Assembly: GCA_026710795.1 (NCBI GenBank) | Contig: JAPOQK010000005.1 | Location: 1,561-65,560 of the forward strand | Source: Candidatus Poribacteria bacterium | Lineage (GTDB): Bacteria; Poribacteria; WGA-4E; WGA-3G | Direction of reading: 5' to 3' | DNA: 64,000 bases | Shown here: piece by piece, positions 10,216 through 23,713 of the stretch | Layout of the letters: the number at the start of each line of letters is the position of its first letter | Position numbering within the stretch: the first letter of the stretch is position 1 | Notes under the pieces: generated by a model | The model's database searches: none | The model's input: only the letters and a program-made list of their open reading frames with translations | What the model was told of the DNA's origin: nothing | Program-made: the position numbers and the translations under genes

Positions 10216-11757
10216 ATGTCGAATCACAAGGAAAACAATAGCACGCACATTTCGCGCCGAAGGTTTTTAAAGAACGTAGGCACAGGGACGGTTGCTGCGG
10301 CTGTCGCGCCTACGGTCTTGCTTGGTGCAGAGAAAAAAGGAGGAAATAATATGCAAAACCAACCAAATGTCATTTTTATTCTAACTGACGACCAAGGACC
10401 TTGGGCAGCAGGATGTTGCGGAAACGATGAAGTCCGCACACCTTTTATTGACCAACTCGCTTCAGAAGGCACACGTTTCCCCAATTTTTTCTGCACAACT
10501 CCTGTTTGTTCACCCGCCCGTGCGAGTCTAATGACTGGACGTATTCCATCGGCACACGGTGTGCATGATTTTTGCAGGGACGGCAGCATGCCACCAAATG
10601 CTGAACGTTATCTTGAAGGTTTGACATGTTATACTGATGTGCTTGCTGAAAATAATTACACCGTCGGATTGAGTGGAAAGTGGCATCTTGGCGATAGTCT
10701 AACACCACAACACGGATTTAGCCACTGGTTTGCTTTACCATTAGGCGGCAGTAGATACAATAACGCCAACATGATTAGAGATGGAAAAGTAGAAAGGCAA
10801 CCCGGTTATCTCACTGATGTAATTACCGATGACGCATTAAATTTTATATCTGAAAATAAAGAAGGTCCGTTTTATCTCAGTGTCAACTATAACGCACCAC
10901 ATACCCCGTTTAATGGACATCCGCAAGACATCGTGGATTCTTATGACGATTGTCCATTTAAGACATGTCCACAGGAGGCATTGCATCCTTGGGCAGGACG
11001 TGGTTCACTCCCTCACATGGGCAATCGCGAGTCGTTAAAAGGATATTTCGCAGCTATCACGGCACTCGATTTAAACGTCGGACGCATTTTAGAAAAACTT
11101 GCTGAGTTAGATATCCGAGAGAATACGCTTGTCGTTTTCAGTAGTGATAACGGTTATTCCTGTGGACATAACGGTTTTTGGCATAAAGGCAACGGAACAT
11201 TCCCATTGAATATGTATGAAAACTCAGTCAAGGTGCCATTTGTCATCAGCCAACCCGGGAGAATACCAGAGGGACGTGAAAGCGAGGCGATGGTGAGTCA
11301 ATACGATTTCATGCCTACATTACTTGACTATCTCGGTCTACCTGATCCCAATGACGACCTGTCCCCCGGTAGGAGTTTTGTTCCAGCCCTTACCAGAGAA
11401 ACAAACGATGCTCAAGATAGAATCGTAGTTTTTGATGAGTACGGTCCTGTCCGTATGATCCGCACGCAAGAGTGGAAATATGTTCACCGTTATCCTTATG
11501 GACCGCATGAACTCTATGATATAGTGAATGACCCACGCGAGCGGAAGAATCTGGTAGATGACAAGGCACATAGAGCACTGATTAGCGATATGCGAAGACA
11601 GATGGGAGCATGGTTTGAGCAGTATGTAATACCACGTTTAGATGGATCAAGATTTGGTGTCACTGGTGGAGGACAAGCAGCAAAAATTGGAGATGGGAAA
11701 TATGGGGAAGATGCCTTCAAGATAAGACAAGCGAGACAAAACCAGAATAGACAGTAA
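10216..11757 (+). CDS. Sulfatase paralog with N-terminal Tat-like leader; alternative internal start at 10351
   Basis: Same sulfatase motifs; SRRRFLK leader; GAGGT RBS at first start, AGGAGG before ATG 10351. Confidence 0.92.
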   Translation: MSNHKENNSTHISRRRFLKNVGTGTVAAAVAPTVLLGAEKKGGNNMQNQPNVIFILTDDQGPWAAGCCGNDEVRTPFIDQLASEGTRFPNFFCTTPVCSPARASLMTGRIPSAHGVHDFCRDGSMPPNAERYLEGLTCYTDVLAENNYTVGLSGKWHLGDSLTPQHGFSHWFALPLGGSRYNNANMIRDGKVERQPGYLTDVITDDALNFISENKEGPFYLSVNYNAPHTPFNGHPQDIVDSYDDCPFKTCPQEALHPWAGRGSLPHMGNRESLKGYFAAITALDLNVGRILEKLAELDIRENTLVVFSSDNGYSCGHNGFWHKGNGTFPLNMYENSVKVPFVISQPGRIPEGRESEAMVSQYDFMPTLLDYLGLPDPNDDLSPGRSFVPALTRETNDAQDRIVVFDEYGPVRMIRTQEWKYVHRYPYGPHELYDIVNDPRERKNLVDDKAHRALISDMRRQMGAWFEQYVIPRLDGSRFGVTGGGQAAKIGDGKYGEDAFKIRQARQNQNRQ

Positions 11758-11887
11758 TCCGCATATTTATTTGGGATGTATAACATATAAGAAAATTACA
11801 TGGGTTTCTATTTTGACTAAACATCCCAAACGCATAACTGAATTGCAATACCAAGACATTAAATATTAACTCAAGTTGATACATAAT

Positions 11888-11943
11888 GTAGCACAATCTG
11901 TTAGATTGTGTCCGAATAGACGCAAACGAACAGTTTGCGCTAC
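11888..11943. repeat. GTAG-type REP doublet
   Basis: GTAGCACAATCTGTTAGATTGTG ... CGCAAACGAACAGTTTGCGCTAC; related copy at 42118. Confidence 0.65.
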
Positions 11944-12043
11944 AATATTCCGAGAATAACGCCCTTTTTTGAATAAAACAGTATCCGCATGTCTAAGATT
12001 TTGTAGGTAGCAACTTGGGTTAAATAATAATAATAGGAGTGAT

Positions 12044-12889
12044 ATGACGAGAGCGTTTGCGCCAGGCAACATTTCGTGTGTATTCAAAATAATTCCGCAC
12101 CCAGATCCAGCATGTATGCATTCTCTCGGTATGGGTTTCACCGTCAGCGAGGGTGTTGAAGTCACCGTTTCTGAATCTCACGAAACAGAAGTTTCATTTA
12201 ATCAACAAGACATCATTTTCCCAACAGTCAGTGCTGTGGTTAATCGGCTAATCCAAAATACAGATGTTTCAGGTATTAAAGTAAATCTCATGTCTCCACT
12301 TCCTCTTGGATGCGGTTTCGGTTTAAGTGGTGCGGCTTCACTTGCTACAGCTTATGCCCTGAACGAACTTTTAGGGTCGCAGCAGAAAAATGAAGAATTA
12401 GCAATGATCACACACGTGGCTGAAGTTGAAAATAGAACGGGCTTAGGTGATGTCTGTTCACAATACCACGGTGGGTGTCTCGTCAAATTGAAGGAAGGTG
12501 CCCCTTTAGTTGCCGACAAATTGCCAATACCCGAACAACCGATCTATTATCGGTACTTTGGACCAATTCATACAAGCGAAGTCCTCAGAAACAGTGAACA
12601 AACGAAACTTATCAACAAGGCGGCAGATACAGCATTAACCGTTTTACAAAAACTCACACGCACACAATCAAATCCCGAATTATTTACTGAATGTTTTGCG
12701 ATTGCGAAGCAGTTTTCAGTGGATAGTGGTTTGCTCAGTGATGATCGGGTGATAGACACTATTGCACAGATTGAGGCAGCAGGTGGTGTAGGTTCTATGA
12801 TTATGTTAGGAAACGGAGTCTTCAGCACACATGCCTTCAATGGTGCAACCGAGACACAACTCTCAAAAAATCCCGCACGACTCATCTAA
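12044..12889 (+). CDS. GHMP kinase resembling archaeal pantoate kinase
   Basis: RAFAPGNIS, PLGCGFGLSGA, HVAEVENRTGLGDV, SMIMLGNGVF motifs. Confidence 0.75.
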   Translation: MTRAFAPGNISCVFKIIPHPDPACMHSLGMGFTVSEGVEVTVSESHETEVSFNQQDIIFPTVSAVVNRLIQNTDVSGIKVNLMSPLPLGCGFGLSGAASLATAYALNELLGSQQKNEELAMITHVAEVENRTGLGDVCSQYHGGCLVKLKEGAPLVADKLPIPEQPIYYRYFGPIHTSEVLRNSEQTKLINKAADTALTVLQKLTRTQSNPELFTECFAIAKQFSVDSGLLSDDRVIDTIAQIEAAGGVGSMIMLGNGVFSTHAFNGATETQLSKNPARLI

Positions 12890-12940
12890 TATGCCTGTTT
12901 TACGTCTAATACATAACGAATTCCACTTTCTGGAGTTGTT

Positions 12941-14899
12941 ATGAGAATGAATGTCGCAATTATCATCGCGTTTGTTGTTGCATCTTCAGCATTCTGTGCT
13001 GTGGATTTTGAGGAGGTAACCTTTGGGTTCAACAACGGATATAAACAAGGAAAATGGACACCACTGACCGTTAACCTCCGAAGTCAGAATTCCCCTGTTC
13101 CGTTCAACGGAGAACTCACAGTTGAAGTTCGTAATTATAATACGGATGAAACAATTTACCGATATGCCACACCACTACATCTAAGTAAAACTGATCGGAA
13201 GCAGAAAAAACTATCTATCTACTGTCCAAAATCTTCTTTCCATCTTATCCTTCAATTAGAACAATCAGATATAATTGATCAAGACATTGAGTCTTCGATG
13301 TCAAAAAACGTTGTGATGCACGAAATCACACCACCAACACCGATTGCGAACAAAGATTATTTTGGGTTGGTATTAGCACCGAATGGAGACAAGATACAAA
13401 AAATCATTGATAATAAGCGATTAGATGATGATGGCACACAGGTTCATATTAAGTATCTACCGAACTCACGTGTAATGCCTACAAGGTGGATAGCTTATGA
13501 TGCCGTTGATCTTATCATTATTCGTGAGGTATCACTTACAGACCAAAGAATTTTAAAACAACAGCAAACAGCACTGTTAGATTGGGTACAACGTGGCGGG
13601 ACACTTATCGTTTCTGGAGGAAGCAACTTCCATTTCATTAAAGATAGTTTCATTGAGCAATTACTTCCTGTAAAAATGATTTCTGAAGAGACAATTGATA
13701 AGGTGCCACCCATCTTAAAACAACAATTCGGACTTATTACATCAAACAATCCTTTCCAAGCGTTTAAAAACATTTATTTTGAACCTAAACACGGATGCCA
13801 AACTCTGCTCGGAACTGATAAACAGATTTTCATTGCCAAACGAAACTTGGGAAGTGGACAAGTAATATGTTTTTCCTTTGATTACAATACACCACCATTT
13901 TCTGAACTGAAGCCGGGAGATACATTTTGGCATTGGCTACTGAAAACACACGGGAAATCACCTCGATTTTTTGCTAATAAATACGCGCCATTTCGTCAAC
14001 ATGAGGAAAAACTTCATGAACATTTTCTTTCAAAAATGCCAACACAGATTCCTATCATAAAATTATTAACTGTTATACTCCCAATATATCTGCTCAGTTT
14101 TGGTGGTATTACACTTTATTTTAGTAAAAAAGGAAGGAATGTGCATAACAGAAATCGTCGTTATTGGATTGTAGGATTAATCTTTGTGATTATATCCGTT
14201 AGTATCATTGGCGCGGCGCGTGCTGTGTTACCTAAGAATATCACAACAGAACAGTTCTCAATTTTATCAATATATCCCCAACAGAAAAACGCGCACATGC
14301 AAAGTTATGTTTCACTTAGGGCTGCTGCGCGGACAAAGACAACAATTCCAATGTCACAAAACACCTTTATTCATCCTTTGAGAATGGAAAATACCACTAA
14401 ACCTGCACAGTTCCATTTTGGATCACCGTCTGAGTTGCGAGAGGTATCTGTAGAACCGTGGAGTCCCAGCACATACATACAAGAGACATTTTTTCCATTG
14501 GATATGCAGCAAACACCGATAAAACTTGAAAACACATGGAGAATTACAGGGGAAGCAGCAATCTACTTAGGGGATGTCACACTGGGAGAAAGCAATTTAT
14601 GGGTATCAGATTCACCAAGTCAAGCGTTAAAAAAATTACCACCACTTGAAGATCTTAATGAACCAAGAAAAACTTTAGCGAAAATCTTACAACAGGAAGG
14701 TTTACTACAATATCTATTGCAGCAAGAAGATTCTCGTCAGATCGGTAAAACGCAAAACCGCACGGTAATAATTGGATGGATTTCGCAGTTGGTACAAGAT
14801 TCAACAGTGAATCCGCACATATCAGCAAACGAATTTGTTAGCGAGAACAATGAGACTTTAGTTATAATGTCCCTTGATGAAACAGACACAGGAATGTAA
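12941..14899 (+). CDS. Membrane-anchored protein with class I glutamine amidotransferase-like domain
   Basis: Signal peptide; YDAVDLIII...ALLDWVQRGGTLIVSGG; two TM helices near residues 370-430. Confidence 0.6.
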   Translation: MRMNVAIIIAFVVASSAFCAVDFEEVTFGFNNGYKQGKWTPLTVNLRSQNSPVPFNGELTVEVRNYNTDETIYRYATPLHLSKTDRKQKKLSIYCPKSSFHLILQLEQSDIIDQDIESSMSKNVVMHEITPPTPIANKDYFGLVLAPNGDKIQKIIDNKRLDDDGTQVHIKYLPNSRVMPTRWIAYDAVDLIIIREVSLTDQRILKQQQTALLDWVQRGGTLIVSGGSNFHFIKDSFIEQLLPVKMISEETIDKVPPILKQQFGLITSNNPFQAFKNIYFEPKHGCQTLLGTDKQIFIAKRNLGSGQVICFSFDYNTPPFSELKPGDTFWHWLLKTHGKSPRFFANKYAPFRQHEEKLHEHFLSKMPTQIPIIKLLTVILPIYLLSFGGITLYFSKKGRNVHNRNRRYWIVGLIFVIISVSIIGAARAVLPKNITTEQFSILSIYPQQKNAHMQSYVSLRAAARTKTTIPMSQNTFIHPLRMENTTKPAQFHFGSPSELREVSVEPWSPSTYIQETFFPLDMQQTPIKLENTWRITGEAAIYLGDVTLGESNLWVSDSPSQALKKLPPLEDLNEPRKTLAKILQQEGLLQYLLQQEDSRQIGKTQNRTVIIGWISQLVQDSTVNPHISANEFVSENNETLVIMSLDETDTGM

Positions 14900-14937
14900 T
14901 ATACACTCAATCAAATTTTAAAATAAGAGATAAACAA

Positions 14938-15873
14938 ATGGACGTGCTATCACTCGGAATTTTTGTCGTTGATGTTATTGGAAAACCGATAGACCGCTTC
15001 CCTGAAAAGGGCAAATTAGTGCTTTTTGATGAACTGGAAATCCATTCCGGTGGTTGTGCAAACAACACAGCGATTGCTCTTGCACGACTCGGTGTTTCTG
15101 TCGGTGCAATGGGTAATATCGGCAATGACCATTTTGGAGATTTAATCCTGCAATCCCTGACTGAAAACAAAGTTGACACAGCCGGAATACAACGAAATAC
15201 GGATGCAAACACTTCCTATACATTCGTAGCAGTCGCTTCAGATGGCGAACGGAGTTTTTGCCATTACATCGGAGCAAACGGTGAACTTTGCGAAAACGAC
15301 CTGAATTGGGATATAATTAAAACAGCAAAAGTACTTCATATCGCTGGCGCATTCGTCATGCCTAAATTTGATGGTCAACCGATGGCAAATGTCCTTAAAA
15401 AGGCAAAAGCATTGGGAATAACTACCTCCCTTGACACCACATGGGACGCATCAGGAAAATGGTTAGAAACATTGGAACCGTGTCTGCCTCACGTTGACAT
15501 CTTTCTACCGAGTTTGATCGAAGCAGAACATCTCACAGGCACATCCGAACTCCGTGAAATCTCAACATTTTTGAGAAACTATGGAATCAGCACTATTGGT
15601 ATTAAAATGGGGGAACGCGGTAGTTATGTTACTACCCCCGATGAAGAGCTGTTTGTCCCTGCATATCCCGTTAACATCGTTGATGCAACAGGAGCCGGTG
15701 ATGCTTATGTGGCGGGATTCCTCGCTGGAACTGTAAAAGGATGGGATCTCAAAACTACTGCCGAATTAGCATCAGCAACAGGTGCTGCATGTGTCACTGC
15801 AATCGGCACCACCGCGGGAATCCAAAATCTTGAAGAAACTATGAATATCTGTCAAAACAACACCGTAACATAA
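14938..15873 (+). CDS. PfkB family carbohydrate kinase
   Basis: GGCANNTAIALARLG and DATGAGDAYVAG signatures. Confidence 0.93.
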   Translation: MDVLSLGIFVVDVIGKPIDRFPEKGKLVLFDELEIHSGGCANNTAIALARLGVSVGAMGNIGNDHFGDLILQSLTENKVDTAGIQRNTDANTSYTFVAVASDGERSFCHYIGANGELCENDLNWDIIKTAKVLHIAGAFVMPKFDGQPMANVLKKAKALGITTSLDTTWDASGKWLETLEPCLPHVDIFLPSLIEAEHLTGTSELREISTFLRNYGISTIGIKMGERGSYVTTPDEELFVPAYPVNIVDATGAGDAYVAGFLAGTVKGWDLKTTAELASATGAACVTAIGTTAGIQNLEETMNICQNNTVT

Positions 15874-15895
15874 GAACGGAATAGGAACTCGCATC

Positions 15896-16825
15896 ATGAA
15901 TGATAACGCAATCGTCCAAACAGAAAACCTAACAAAATGGTACGGTGAAGTCATGGGTGTGAACGATGTCACATTAACCATTCACCCCGGCATTACAGGT
16001 TTGCTTGGTCCGAACGGCGCAGGTAAAACCAGCCTCCTCAAATTAATGACTGGTCAACTCAAACCCAACATGGGTATCATCACTGTCCTAAACCAACCTG
16101 TCTGGAACAACTATATGCTCACACAGCGAGTCGGCTATTGTCCAGATATTGAATTAGCATACCAATTTATGACAGGTTTTGAGTTCGTCACTTTTTTCGC
16201 AACGTTGAGTGGATATCAAAGAGCAGAAGCGGAAAATCAAAGTATGAAAGTCCTTGAAACGGTGGATATGGTTTCGGCAGCAGAGAAACCGATTGGATCC
16301 TACAGCAAAGGGATGCGTCAACGTATTAAACTCGCACAAGCACTTGTGCATGAGCCAGAACTCCTTTTTTTAGATGAACCACTTACTGGACTTGACCCGA
16401 TCGGAAGACGGCATGTCATAAATCTCCTCGCTAAACTTGAAGAACAAGGGATTAGCATTGTAGTCTCAAGCCATATACTCTATGAAATAGAAGCGATGAC
16501 AGAAACTATCCTACTCATTCATCAAGGACGAATTCTTGCTGAGGGAACTATCTCAGATATTCGCGAACTGATTGATGAACACCCGCACAAAGTCTACTTA
16601 AGTGCTGACGATCCGCGCCGTTTAGCCCAAATCTGTCTGCCGTTTGAAGATATTCTCAGCGTTACTTTCGGTGATGAAGCAGGGGATGTTATCATTGAAA
16701 CAGCAAAACCGGATGCTTTTTACGCACGACTCCCCGAAATCCTCATTGAAAACGAGTTGAATGTCTCTCAACTCTATTCACCTGACGACAATTTATCCGC
16801 TGTCTTCAAGTATCTGGTTGGGTAG
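15896..16825 (+). CDS. ABC-2 type transporter ATP-binding protein
   Basis: GPNGAGKT, YSKGMRQR, LDEP, SSH motifs. Confidence 0.92.
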   Translation: MNDNAIVQTENLTKWYGEVMGVNDVTLTIHPGITGLLGPNGAGKTSLLKLMTGQLKPNMGIITVLNQPVWNNYMLTQRVGYCPDIELAYQFMTGFEFVTFFATLSGYQRAEAENQSMKVLETVDMVSAAEKPIGSYSKGMRQRIKLAQALVHEPELLFLDEPLTGLDPIGRRHVINLLAKLEEQGISIVVSSHILYEIEAMTETILLIHQGRILAEGTISDIRELIDEHPHKVYLSADDPRRLAQICLPFEDILSVTFGDEAGDVIIETAKPDAFYARLPEILIENELNVSQLYSPDDNLSAVFKYLVG

Positions 16826-16867
16826 ATTATCACACATGCCAGAATATCTATATCTTTTCCAGAATTA

Positions 16868-16896
16868 TGTAACCTTTCCACATTAAACCCGCGTCA
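16868..16896 (+). promoter_or_regulatory. Possible ECF-sigma autoregulatory promoter
   Basis: TGTAAC-N18-CGTCA about 50 nt upstream of the ECF gene; spacing slightly long. Confidence 0.4.
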
Positions 16897-16946
16897 TTAT
16901 GTATTGATAGAACATTAAGAAATCTTCCACTTTCTTGAGGTGTCTG

Positions 16947-21065
<4,119 letters not shown>

Positions 21066-21086
21066 AAACCTAAATACAATATATGT

Positions 21087-21406
21087 CCAATACATATCCA
21101 AAATAAATTCCATTTTTAATTTGACACATACAAATAGATACTATATAATTAACACATGTTTAGAATGTAGTCCTATATCGATAACACGTGTTTGGATACT
21201 CAAAAAGAGGTTAGGTTCCCTGATGAAGCGACAATTCGTGAACACAAACTTTACAGCCACAATGTGCGACAATTTCCGAAGGTAAGATTGAGTGAAACAA
21301 ACAAAAATGGGGCAGAAAAAAAATGCTAAAATCGCGTCACTTTCCTTGTCCAGACTGGATTCAAAACGTCACAGTGACGTGCAAAAGGTCACATTTAAAA
21401 CACATA
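21087..21406 (+). ncRNA. Copy A of duplicated promoter-bearing non-coding element (putative ncRNA)
   Basis: Aligns by eye with 60647-61005 in two blocks; own consensus promoter; no ORF conserved between copies. Confidence 0.45.
21121..21149 (+). promoter_or_regulatory. Perfect sigma70 consensus promoter
   Basis: TTGACA (21121-21126) N17 TATAAT (21144-21149) with AT-rich upstream region. Confidence 0.8.
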
Positions 21407-21549
21407 GGAATGGTATTAAACGGGTATCTGTCTTTACACTACATTCTGAGGTTCAGAAAACAGAATGAAATATAGTCTTGAAACCGATCCAACAAGAGAA
21501 AAGTAATATCCATGCCAATAACTTTACGCACTCACAAAGATTAATTTGC

Positions 21550-21578
21550 TTGACAAATTCAACGAAAACCTATTTAAT
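21550..21578 (+). promoter_or_regulatory. Likely sigma70 promoter of the rid-fabV unit
   Basis: TTGACA-N17-TTTAAT. Confidence 0.55.
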
Positions 21579-21651
21579 AATAAAGGTTATTCTAACCAAT
21601 CGTGATTGTTACACCATTAAATATGAACTTATTCGGGAGATATAAAATTAG

Positions 21652-22113
21652 ATGAAAATAGAGAAACGGCTTGAAGAATTAGGGATCGAATTACCAGAAC
21701 CTGCAATACCCGTAGCAAATTACGTTACCACAGTTCAAACAGGAAATCTTGTCTTCACATCTGGACATGGACCCGGCACAGGTGAGGGCAAAATCTATAA
21801 AAGCCAACTCGGCACAGATGCCACCATTGAAGAGGGATATGAATCTGCACGTCAAGTTGGACTCGGATTAATAAGTACACTCAAACATGCGTTAGGCGAT
21901 CTGGATCGGATCAAACGCGTTGTGAAGGTAGTCGGTTTTGTCAATTCTTCTGCAGATTTCACTGATCAACCTGCTGTCGTCAACGGTGTATCAGATCTAC
22001 TTGTTGAAGTATTTGGTGATAAAGGCAAGCATGCACGTTCTGCTGTTGGCATGGTGCAATTACCCGGTGGTATACCTGTTGAAGTCGAAATGGTCGTAGA
22101 AATTGAAGACTAA
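21652..22113 (+). CDS. RidA/YjgF family protein
   Basis: PVANYV, DQPAVVNGVSDLLVEVFG, HARSAVG, PVEVE motifs. Confidence 0.9.
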   Translation: MKIEKRLEELGIELPEPAIPVANYVTTVQTGNLVFTSGHGPGTGEGKIYKSQLGTDATIEEGYESARQVGLGLISTLKHALGDLDRIKRVVKVVGFVNSSADFTDQPAVVNGVSDLLVEVFGDKGKHARSAVGMVQLPGGIPVEVEMVVEIED

Positions 22114-22135
22114 CCCTTAGAAAAGAAGGATAATA

Positions 22136-23329
22136 ATGGCAGTTCAAATTGTCAAACCACGGATTCGTGGTTTTATCTGTACAAACGCGCATCCTGTTGG
22201 TTGTCAAACAAACGTTCAAAACCAGATACAACAAATTAAAGAGAACGCTCCGATCAAAGAGACAGGTTTGAACGCACTTGTTGTTGGTGCATCAACTGGG
22301 TATGGACTCGCTTCTCGCATTGCGTTAACATGGGGATACGGGGCAAAAACGTTGGGACTTCTCTATGAACGTCCCGCAGATGAACGCCGCACTGCATCAG
22401 CAGGTTATTACAATACCGTCGCATTCCATCAAAATGCACAACAGGATGGATTTTTAGCAGAAAGCCTTAACGGGGATGCCTTTTCAGATGATGTGAAGCA
22501 AGATGCCATCGCACAACTCAAAGCAAATTTTGGCAAAATAGGTATTCTTGTTTATAGCATCGCTGCACCACGCCGAACCCATCCACGCACTGGTGAAACA
22601 CATAATTCTGAGTTGAAACCGATTGGTGAACCGTATACAGGGAAAACCATTGACCTGAGCAATGAAGTCGTTGCACCTGTAACAATAGAACCTGCAACTG
22701 ACAAAGAAATCGCTGATACGATCGCTGTGATGGGTGGTGAAGATTTGGAGATGTGGGTTGATGCGTTAGCAGATGCCGAATTGCTTGCCCCAAAGGTTAC
22801 AGTTGTTGCATATACCTATATCGGCAGTTCCTTAACGTGGTCTATCTACAAGGATGGCACAATCGGCAAGGCAAAGGACGACCTGAAAACACGTGTTGAC
22901 GCACTGGATGAAAGACTTTCAAATCAGTTCGGTGGTAATGCGTATATATCGGTAAACAAAGCTGTCGTTACGCAAGCCTCCGCGGCAATACCTGTTGTAC
23001 CGCTTTACATCAGTATCCTTTATGATATTATGAACGCGAAAGGTATAAATGAAGCACCGATTGGACAGATGCAGCGGTTATTCTCAGAACATCTCGGTCC
23101 TGAACTAACACCGCAACTTGATAGTGATCGTTACATTCGGTTAGATGACAGAGAATTACGGCAGGATATTACCGATGCGGTCACTGAACGGTGGGAAAAA
23201 ATTGATACTGACAATTTTCATGAACTCTCTGATTACGCTGACTACAGACGTCGCTTCCGAAACCTCTTCGGTTTTGAGGTAGAGGGTGTTGACTACGATG
23301 AAGCAGTAGAGACAGAAGTGACATTCTAA
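22136..23329 (+). CDS. fabV: Enoyl-ACP / trans-2-enoyl-CoA reductase FabV
   Basis: RGFICTNAHPVGC, GASTGYGLASRI, VMGGED, YKDGTIGKAK, LFGF motifs. Confidence 0.93.
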   Translation: MAVQIVKPRIRGFICTNAHPVGCQTNVQNQIQQIKENAPIKETGLNALVVGASTGYGLASRIALTWGYGAKTLGLLYERPADERRTASAGYYNTVAFHQNAQQDGFLAESLNGDAFSDDVKQDAIAQLKANFGKIGILVYSIAAPRRTHPRTGETHNSELKPIGEPYTGKTIDLSNEVVAPVTIEPATDKEIADTIAVMGGEDLEMWVDALADAELLAPKVTVVAYTYIGSSLTWSIYKDGTIGKAKDDLKTRVDALDERLSNQFGGNAYISVNKAVVTQASAAIPVVPLYISILYDIMNAKGINEAPIGQMQRLFSEHLGPELTPQLDSDRYIRLDDRELRQDITDAVTERWEKIDTDNFHELSDYADYRRRFRNLFGFEVEGVDYDEAVETEVTF

Positions 23330-23383
23330 GAATTGAAACTTGTTTAGTAAACAGATTGCACGTTAGATTCGGGATGGTATCGT

Positions 23384-23710
23384 GTGGATTTACAAACTAT
23401 CCGTGAGAGAGTTCAAAATGGTAACTATCTTGTCAAAAAACATGCAATTCTGCATGCTCAAAAGGAAGGTTTTCAAGTTAAACACATGGTAGAAGTAATC
23501 CTCAATGGGAGAATAATTGAAACATATCCAGATGATCAACGAGTATTGATTTGTGGACGTTCTACTTTACTGAAAAACATTGTGGTTTATCTACATGTTG
23601 TGTGTGAATATGCGGATCCAATTTATATTGAGTTTGTGACTGCTTACATCCCCGATGAGAATCAGTGGCAATTTCCTCCGTTTTCCCGATTAAGACTTAG
23701 AAGGAGATAA
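23384..23710 (+). CDS. DUF4258-like protein (putative RelE-fold toxin)
   Basis: KHA..., ILNGRIIETYPDD, LHVVC, VTAYIPD..W pattern. Confidence 0.7.
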   Translation: MDLQTIRERVQNGNYLVKKHAILHAQKEGFQVKHMVEVILNGRIIETYPDDQRVLICGRSTLLKNIVVYLHVVCEYADPIYIEFVTAYIPDENQWQFPPFSRLRLRRR

Positions 23711-23713
23711 CCT

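Noticed and set aside
10224-10589. Antisense ORFs 10224-10589 and 49511-49708 with similar sequences
   Set aside because: They are shadows of the shared Tat leader on the opposite strand
21223-21285. Short peptides in the variable middle of the element (20 aa in A; 19 aa at 60831-60890 in B) as type I toxins
   Set aside because: They are not similar to each other, use different frames relative to the conserved GAAGGTA, and are not hydrophobic
21292-21468. 58-codon ORF through the GTCAC block of element copy A
   Set aside because: The homologous frame in copy B has TGA stops and indels and there is no clear RBS; coding is not supported unless B is a pseudogene
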